Source: Diplonema japonicum
Lineage: Eukaryota; Protista; Euglenozoa: Diplonemea
Direction of reading: 5' to 3'
Length of the DNA: 64,000 bases
NCBI GenBank assembly: GCA_964019335.1
Contig: OZ025696.1
Span: forward strand, 186,001-250,000
Shown: one piece after another, positions 57,701 through 64,000 of the stretch
Numbering within the stretch: the stretch's first letter is position 1
How the letters are laid out: every line of letters starts with the position of its first letter
Position numbers and translations under genes: made by a program
The notes under the pieces: model-generated
Seen by the model: the letters and a program-made list of their open reading frames with translations, nothing else
The model's database searches: none
What the model was told of the DNA's origin: nothing

Positions 57701-57960
57701 TCAAGTCCCCCAGTTGTAAGGCATCGAAGGTTGCTTGTAATCTGGATCGCCAAGCTCTCCAAAGTTGTTCAGTTTTTCCATCTCCTTGTCTGCTCCGAGG
57801 ATGTTCTTTACGGACCTATGGTTTTTCTTCTTCTTTTTTTTGCAGTTGTTGTAACCGCATACGTCTTGGGTGGGTACCTCCTGAGCAGCAGCGAAATTGG
57901 GTCAACCGGCCCTGTTTTCTTCCATGCTGCTAGCTGTTCGGGTGTAGGCTTCTTCCCCAT
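57701..57960 (-). CDS. Small spliced protein (70 aa); exons 57960-57863 and 57815-57701
   Basis: Removing a 47-nt GTATGC...CATAG intron gives MGKKPTPEQLAAWKKTGPVDPISLLLRRYPPKTSVKNILGADKEMEKLNNFGELGDPDYKQPSMPYNWGT*. Confidence 0.65.
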
Positions 57961-58627
57961 AGTTTTTTTTTTTTTTTCTTTAAAGCCTTCTTTCAAAAAG
58001 AAAGGATGCTGTGTAACCTATAAAAAAAAATATGGATTTCTTGAGGGCAACCGTAGTAATAATTAAAAAAAAAAATAAAAAAAATAAAAAAAATGGGGCT
58101 GCTGCCCTAGTCGTAAATTCTCGCTTTGTAGGGGAAAATGGGGTAGAAACAAGGCTGGGGAAACCTGTACACCCTCAGATGAGATAATCTGACCCGAGAG
58201 AATATATAAAAAGCATAAAAACGGACACGCTGCCTCTGCCTTTTCTTCAAGGGAAACAAAAAAAAGTGGGGCTTTGATTGCAATGCACTAAGTGCATGAA
58301 CTGTCTACTTGATTACAGGCGGCACATCTCGGCCGAGCTGTAGCTTCTTCTGCGTCCCGCGTGTGCAACTCAACATGAGCAATCTACTTAATTACAAAAA
58401 AAAAACTTTTTTTTCTTCATCAATCCTAGTTGTAATTAAAACCCGGTTGATGATCGGAGATAAAAAAAAGGGGGGGGAATATTTTTTTTGCTTTCCTGTT
58501 TCCTTAATAAACTAATCTTTATTTTCTTTCTTTTTTTTTTATTAATATTCGATATCTACTTAGAATGCAAGCCGGATGGGGGAATGAATACCCACTGAAG
58601 GATCTCCAATTTGTCGGTCCGTCTTCG

Positions 58628-58663
<36 letters not shown>

Positions 58664-59168
58664 CCCCCCAAAACGAGCTTGCGAGGAATTCAGCCGCATC
58701 AAGAGTATTTTCGCTTCGCGGTGAACGCGAAGGGGGAACCAGCTTGGCTTGGTGTTAGAAAAAATATGATGTTGTAACCTTATCTTTAACAAGAAAAGAA
58801 TTCACTTATGATATGAAGCGAAGTGAATTTGTAAATACATTTTCTTTCCCCCCCCCCCCCCCTGTGAAATGATCAAGAAAGCTCACCTCTTTTTTTTTTA
58901 ATTTCGGCGCTAAGTACAGTTTCATCCCCGGAAAAAAACAACTGAAACGAACGAAGGGGTAAAAAAAAAAAAATAATAATAAAACTTAAGAAAAGAAAAA
59001 GATGTCTTTGAAGGGAACCTGCAGTTATGTGTGACAGGATCGCCTAAAAGAAAAAGGTAAATTGCGGAGGGCACCCTCTTTACTAGTAGAAAACCAAAAA
59101 AAGAATAATATATGTGTTAGAAAGGGAGGTCTTCGCGAGACGCCCCCTTGTAAAAAAGCTTTTTTTAA

Positions 59169-59503
59169 CCCATAAAGGACTGCTGTTTTTAGTGGTGGGG
59201 TCATAGGGTGTGCAATCATATTATTTTCACTACCCCAGTTCTGGAGCGCGAAGTGACCCGCATATCAGCCCCGGACGCGCCCAAGCCTTGGTGGCGAGTA
59301 GTATTTTGAGAGAAACAACTCTTGCAAAGCGCTTATTCAGCAGGGTGGGCTGGTTACTTTTTTCTCACCGCTTAAGGCCGTTCTTTGAACACAGGGTCCG
59401 AGGTGCCGCAGATATGCGACTTTGGCATTTCTCAGGGCTGTCGAGCACTAAAAAAAAAATCTTTTTTTTAGACTGATAAAAATCAGCTCCGGTCCTTTAT
59501 GGG
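59169..59503. mobile_element. piggyBac-type MITE, family 2
   Basis: TTAA-CCCATAAAGGAC ... GTCCTTTATGGG-TTAA. Confidence 0.85.
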
Positions 59504-59679
59504 TTAATTTCGAAAAAGAGAAGAGGCCGCCCAAGTTAATCTGATAGAATAGAAGGAAGAAAAAAAAAAAGGGGGGGGGAAGAAGTATGTTCTACTCGGT
59601 GAAAGGGAGCGGCACAGGGGCTCAGCTCACAGCCCTAAAAAGAAGAAAAAGATTCACTACGATTGGAGAATATATACCA

Positions 59680-60117
59680 TAGATATTTTACTACCAACAA
59701 GTAATTGCTTTACCGTAACCGAGAGGCGATAGGTAAGTGGTTTTATTTCACGATTCTCCGAAATTATTTCACTATGAGGGGGCAAAAGAGGTGACAAAGG
59801 GTACAAGAGAGGGGTTACAAAGGTTACAATACAAGTTGTTTTCCCTGTCACTGGCACTCCCACTGGCACCATCTCTGATCAGCCTTCTCATATTCGGCAT
59901 TTTGAAGTCTTTTGGGGAGCTAGGGTGGAAAAGTTGGCCTGGGGGGAAGTTGGCAAACTGAGAGGAAAAAGTAGCCCCACTGGGAACTGATTTTTTTGGC
60001 CTACCGAGGCATATTATTTAACGGAAACCCCTTATTACTTCACGGAAAACAGGCTATTATTTCACCGTGAGGGTAAATGAGATTTAGCGTGAAGTAATTG
60101 CAGAAAAGTGAAATAAA
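59680..60117 (-). mobile_element. Inverted copy of the MAPK-intron element with most of the hairpin deleted
   Basis: Extensive reverse-complement similarity to 55921-56640. Confidence 0.75.
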
Positions 60118-60142
60118 AAGAAATAAGAAAAAGAAAATAGGC

Positions 60143-63136
60143 CTACTCCACAACTTCTTGTGGGTGGCCCCACGCCACTCCATAATGCCGTTGGTAAGGA
60201 GGGCAGAATCTAGCATAGTCACAGCCCACGGTCGATGTGCTATCATGACTTGAACTCAGCGGGCCTCTAGTCTCGTGTAAAGGATTCTCCAATGTCTCCA
60301 ATGGCATAAAGAAGCTGTTATCAATATCAGGGAAAGAGTCCCCTGGCAGATTGAATGTAGGTGGTTCCAAGTGCTTAGGAGGCAACGGCCCAACAGCCCA
60401 TGTTTCGTCGTCATGTGCCATTCTGTTCCCGCAGCAGAGAAGGTGTGTCAAGAAAAACCCTTTCCCGCCTTTTCTAACGCTCCACACCTCTCGCTCGTCG
60501 TACAAAAAGATCAAAAGGTCCAACAAAAACTTCAATACTATGAGATTGATAGCTGTAATGGCAAGGTTCCCCGCCCACCGTGCTGACCAGTGTTCGGTGG
60601 GCTTGTCCTGCCCAAGAGCGATTAAGATCAGAAAGGACAAGGTGAGCTCCACAACCACAATCACCACTTCCGCAATGTTCTCATAGGTAGCGATATACGG
60701 GCGGAATACCAATAGCGATAAGAGAAACAGACCCAACAGCACGCACACTAGGATACCCTTCACTTTGCACTGCTGGTAGGTAGATGGTTCGTAGGCCTCT
60801 ACCATTCCCAGGAAAAGGGTGAACACTAACTCCTTCGCTAGGAACCCTCGTGCATGCTTCTTGTAGCCGTCGTATACGAGTTTGTGCAGTTCTTGCCACG
60901 ATTCGTCCAGGAAGCCGTCCGACGCCAGCCACTCCAGCTTGCCCCAGAAGAGCCATTTGAAGCAGTTCTGCGACTCTGCACCCTCGCGTAGCACAACGTC
61001 AGCATGGCCACGCACAGTGCTCGCCACCTTCAACGCATATACAGGCAGTCCAATTCCTGTCACAATAAAGTTCCCCGCCGCCAGCATCCTGAACCCTATT
61101 GTGCTGTACAGCAGTGCGGCACTGCAGCTCATTACGACGCCACCATACATGAACACGGCAGGGATCAGGAGCCATCCCAAGTGCGAGCGTGCCCCTATGT
61201 ACGTCCATGTAAGGCCTTCTCGTTCCATCTTGCGCCGTGGGAACCCTGTGTCGTCGCTGTGCTGCTGCTGTTGCTGTTTCTTTTGCTCGTTCTTTGCTTT
61301 CGCGTACATGTAGAGAGCGCAGAGGCCACCGATTGTCAGAAATACTAGTTCCAGTAGAATGCTGCCTACTACCGCCCCGTTCACCTCCTCCACCTGCGGG
61401 TCGTCCCCGAACTTCAGCTGCAGTGGGTTTACAAGCCTGTCGAGCTTCGTGGGTCCGTCGCTCGGGCACAGCATCCCTTGCGTCAGGAGCGACACACGCA
61501 TCACTGCACCACCTGCGGCTGCGTTGACAGGCACCACAGCGGACAGGGCAATGACTGTCCCTGCACCCGCTACCGTCACAATTTTGCGCTCCTCCTCGTT
61601 TGGCATTGCGGGAACCTGTGCCTGCAGCTTATGCTCACCTACGCAGCCGCCCCCGATCACTTCAGGTGCCCCAGACCCAGATCTGCATGCACATGCAATC
61701 CCGTCGCCAGTGTTGCCCTTTTTGGTTTTCAAGCACAGTTCGTCCCACGCCTCATCAGTGAACATCTCCCGTGCCGCGTGCACTCGCAGCTGCTCGCTCA
61801 GCGGTGTGTAAGCCACGAAGCTGTCGTCCTTGAACAGCAGTGACACTGCGTTACTCCTGTTGCGCCCCTCTGCCTTTCCTGTCCAAATCAGCTGCGCTGC
61901 AACTGCCCCGCAGCTTCGTTGCACAGTTGCCGCCAAGCCGTCCTCGTTGTCCGACGGACGTGTGTTCGTCTCGACCACGATGCACGCCCCGTTCCCACAG
62001 CGCAGGGGTGCACCGGGGTTGCATGTCGAAGCCTTCCCGCCGGGCCACCGCACCTCCACCTCTACGTTGCATTTCCCGCACCCACTGAGTTCCATCCCTC
62101 CGAGTAGTTCCCATTCCACCCTGTCACCGTCGCCGCTCTTGATACCTTCAGCCGAGAGCCCCCCATCCTTTACTACAAGCCGCGTTTCGCTGGTTCGCGG
62201 TGGCGGTGCTGGTGTAGAAGGAGCAGGAGTGGGAGGCGCCGGTGTTGGAGGGGCAAAGGTCGGCGGGGCGGGGGTCGGTGGGGCAGGTGTTGGAGGTGCG
62301 GGAGTATCAGGTGCAGGGGTAGGAGGGGCAGGGGTCGGCGGGGCGTGGGTCGGTGGGGCAGGTGTTGGAGGTGCGGGAGTGGGTGGTGCCGGTGTTGGTG
62401 GTGCGGGGGTATCAGGAGCAGGAGTTGGGGGAGAAGGAGTATCAGGTGCCTGAGTGTACTTCGGTCTGCAAGTGTCCACCAACTCGTTGAGATCAGAGGT
62501 GTCAGAGATAATAGCCCCATCGAGAAGGTATTCCCCAGCCCTCGCCGCCCTTGTCCCGCCACGATGCCGCTCACCAAGAATGATCCCTCCGTATGAACTA
62601 TCAGCCACAATGTTCATTGCCAATGTCTTCCGCATCACCTCCAGCCCGTCTACGTAGAGGACAAGCTCTGTACCGTCGTAGGTGGCCGCCACGTGTGTCC
62701 ACACATTAAGAACGAGCTTTGTGCTGGATGTGGGGTTCGTGCTGTAAGTGTAGACACCAAGGGACTCGTCAGCCTTCACCATCAGCCCAACACCGCCGCT
62801 GGGGTTCGCATTCCTGTCGTCACTGCCGAAGTGGAAAAGCACACGGAACCCTGGCTGGACCATCTTTACGTAGACCCCTATGCCCCACGAGGAGGAACCA
62901 AGGGGGATGCCCTTTGAAGGTTTTGGCAATGCCTTCAGCTCATTCACCCCAACGTGCAAAGAGTTGCTTCCGCACACAACGTCAGTGGACAGGTAAGTAC
63001 CCGTGAGGGCACCACCGGTGTTCCCTGCGGTCCCGGAGTCGGTCATGTCCCCATCTAAGGCGTAGTGAGTGACCACCCCACAGTCCACGACCTCTATGCA
63101 CAGGCACATCCACAGGAAGGCAACCCTGTGCCCCAT
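60143..63136 (-). CDS. Surface receptor-like protein: signal peptide, LamG/ConA-like domain, PTPAP stalk, multi-TM C-terminus
   Basis: [16 protein letters not shown]; about 17 TPAPP repeats; 7-8 hydrophobic segments. Confidence 0.85.
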   Translation of the reverse strand: MGHRVAFLWMCLCIEVVDCGVVTHYALDGDMTDSGTAGNTGGALTGTYLSTDVVCGSNSLHVGVNELKALPKPSKGIPLGSSSWGIGVYVKMVQPGFRVLFHFGSDDRNANPSGGVGLMVKADESLGVYTYSTNPTSSTKLVLNVWTHVAATYDGTELVLYVDGLEVMRKTLAMNIVADSSYGGIILGERHRGGTRAARAGEYLLDGAIISDTSDLNELVDTCRPKYTQAPDTPSPPTPAPDTPAPPTPAPPTPAPPTPAPPTHAPPTPAPPTPAPDTPAPPTPAPPTPAPPTFAPPTPAPPTPAPSTPAPPPRTSETRLVVKDGGLSAEGIKSGDGDRVEWELLGGMELSGCGKCNVEVEVRWPGGKASTCNPGAPLRCGNGACIVVETNTRPSDNEDGLAATVQRSCGAVAAQLIWTGKAEGRNRSNAVSLLFKDDSFVAYTPLSEQLRVHAAREMFTDEAWDELCLKTKKGNTGDGIACACRSGSGAPEVIGGGCVGEHKLQAQVPAMPNEEERKIVTVAGAGTVIALSAVVPVNAAAGGAVMRVSLLTQGMLCPSDGPTKLDRLVNPLQLKFGDDPQVEEVNGAVVGSILLELVFLTIGGLCALYMYAKAKNEQKKQQQQQHSDDTGFPRRKMEREGLTWTYIGARSHLGWLLIPAVFMYGGVVMSCSAALLYSTIGFRMLAAGNFIVTGIGLPVYALKVASTVRGHADVVLREGAESQNCFKWLFWGKLEWLASDGFLDESWQELHKLVYDGYKKHARGFLAKELVFTLFLGMVEAYEPSTYQQCKVKGILVCVLLGLFLLSLLVFRPYIATYENIAEVVIVVVELTLSFLILIALGQDKPTEHWSARWAGNLAITAINLIVLKFLLDLLIFLYDEREVWSVRKGGKGFFLTHLLCCGNRMAHDDETWAVGPLPPKHLEPPTFNLPGDSFPDIDNSFFMPLETLENPLHETRGPLSSSHDSTSTVGCDYARFCPPYQRHYGVAWGHPQEVVE

Positions 63137-63210
63137 ATCGTTGCTTGCCTGTTTGTTTGTGTTGATAAAAGAGCACAGTGGAGGAAAAAAGAAATGTTAT
63201 TCTTCATTAA

Positions 63211-63782
63211 CCCATGCACTCCAAGGCGCAAATATTTGTCGTTTTGAAAAACCATTTTTTTCTCAAGTACTTTTTCGTCCTCCTGACCCCTGGATCTCCA
63301 AGAACGACTATAGTAGATCTATTTTTCAACTGCATTTCATGCTGCGCTACATCACTTTACCTTGCTAAGTGGGTCCCAAAATCCGAGTAGATATGGCTAA
63401 AAACGCAAAATAACGAAACCTAACGACGCAAAATGGTTATTCCTTCGGTTTTTTAATAAGAAGCTCACAGACTTCATCCTAGAAGAGGCAAACGAGCAGA
63501 AGGACGCTGAGATTGATAATATTTCGACCCAGGACTTCTATCGCTTACTCGGATTGAGCATTGGAATGGGTCTGGCCGAAGCCCTGTACATCTGAGGAGT
63601 CCTGATGACGCCTCAATCTACGCCCCCCGTGCACGACTCAGCACCCAACGGCCCAATTCAACATTTCATCCCCTTTGTACTTTTATTAATTTCTGAACTT
63701 TTTTTTTTTAATTTTCCTGGTCCAAAAAACCCGTTTTACCTGCAAACGACCCCATCGTAGATAGGCCTCGGAGTGTTATGGA
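63211..63782. mobile_element. piggyBac-type MITE, family 1, second copy
   Basis: TTAA on both flanks; reverse-complement similarity to 21098-21755. Confidence 0.8.
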
Positions 63783-63849
63783 TTAAATTAATGGGTTCCC
63801 TAAGTAGAGTTCCCACAGGGGGGGGGGGGGGGGGGGGAAGGAGGTGGGC

Positions 63850-63889
<40 letters not shown>

Positions 63890-63901
63890 AAAACAGTTGT
63901 A

Positions 63902-63960
63902 CCAGGCCCCCGGTTCAAAATGGGTTTTTTTCCGATAGACCTGCGATACTTTTTAGAAGA
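63902..63960 (-). mobile_element. Right end of another hAT-like copy
   Basis: CAGGCCCCCGGTTCAAAATGGGTTTT..CGATAGACCTGCG is the reverse complement of 40200-40252. Confidence 0.65.
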
Positions 63961-64000
63961 ATTTGTCTTGAGCTTGAAAAGCTGCACCCTCTTCTACACT

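Noticed and set aside
27379-59046. CRISPR array or spliced-leader RNA genes
   Set aside because: Copies are kilobases apart without regular spacers or cas genes, and do not match the euglenozoan SL exon ending TTTCTGTACTTTATTG.
62190-62450. Tandem GC-rich DNA repeat
   Set aside because: It is the coding PTPAP stalk with synonymous variation, not a separate element.
302-63368. Numerous + strand ORFs overlapping genes
   Set aside because: Antisense shadows of GC-rich minus-strand CDSs with no recognisable motifs; only transposon fragments are credible on +.

Overview
Eukaryotic genomic DNA. All ~26 credible protein-coding genes lie head-to-tail on the minus strand, separated by spacers rich in A/T/G/C homopolymers, usually with an A-run directly before the ATG and with a few GT-AG introns. 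This layout, plus a PTPAP-repeat LamG/multi-TM protein and bacterial-type catabolic enzymes, suggests a euglenozoan, most likely a diplonemid (inference only). Genes: PhyH-like dioxygenase, rhodanese, Shewanella-like phosphatase, a three-copy tandem family of ~1000-1180 aa proteins whose middle cassette differs between copies (Vti1/NPSN-like Qb-SNARE piece, Ykt6-like R-SNARE motif, or neither), ankyrin, LVIVD, Ubl-LRR, CCDC6-like, sulfatase, sterol desaturase, CHASE pseudo-cyclase, GH3 glucosidase, a 4-exon TDY MAPK and a spliced 70-aa gene missed by the ORF track. Mobile DNA: a decayed APE-RT non-LTR retrotransposon with short relics, hAT derivatives, TTAA/piggyBac-type MITEs and a hairpin-ended element family. 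Most notable: (1) SNARE-cassette swapping in the tandem family; (2) a ~43-nt sense-strand hairpin motif repeated five times, whose loop is complementary to the local GUAUGUG 5' splice site; (3) a ~385-nt antisense structured RNA with a near-complete hammerhead core; (4) cis introns with A-rich 3' ends, some pairing with U-rich 5' ends. All calls were made by eye; no searches were run.
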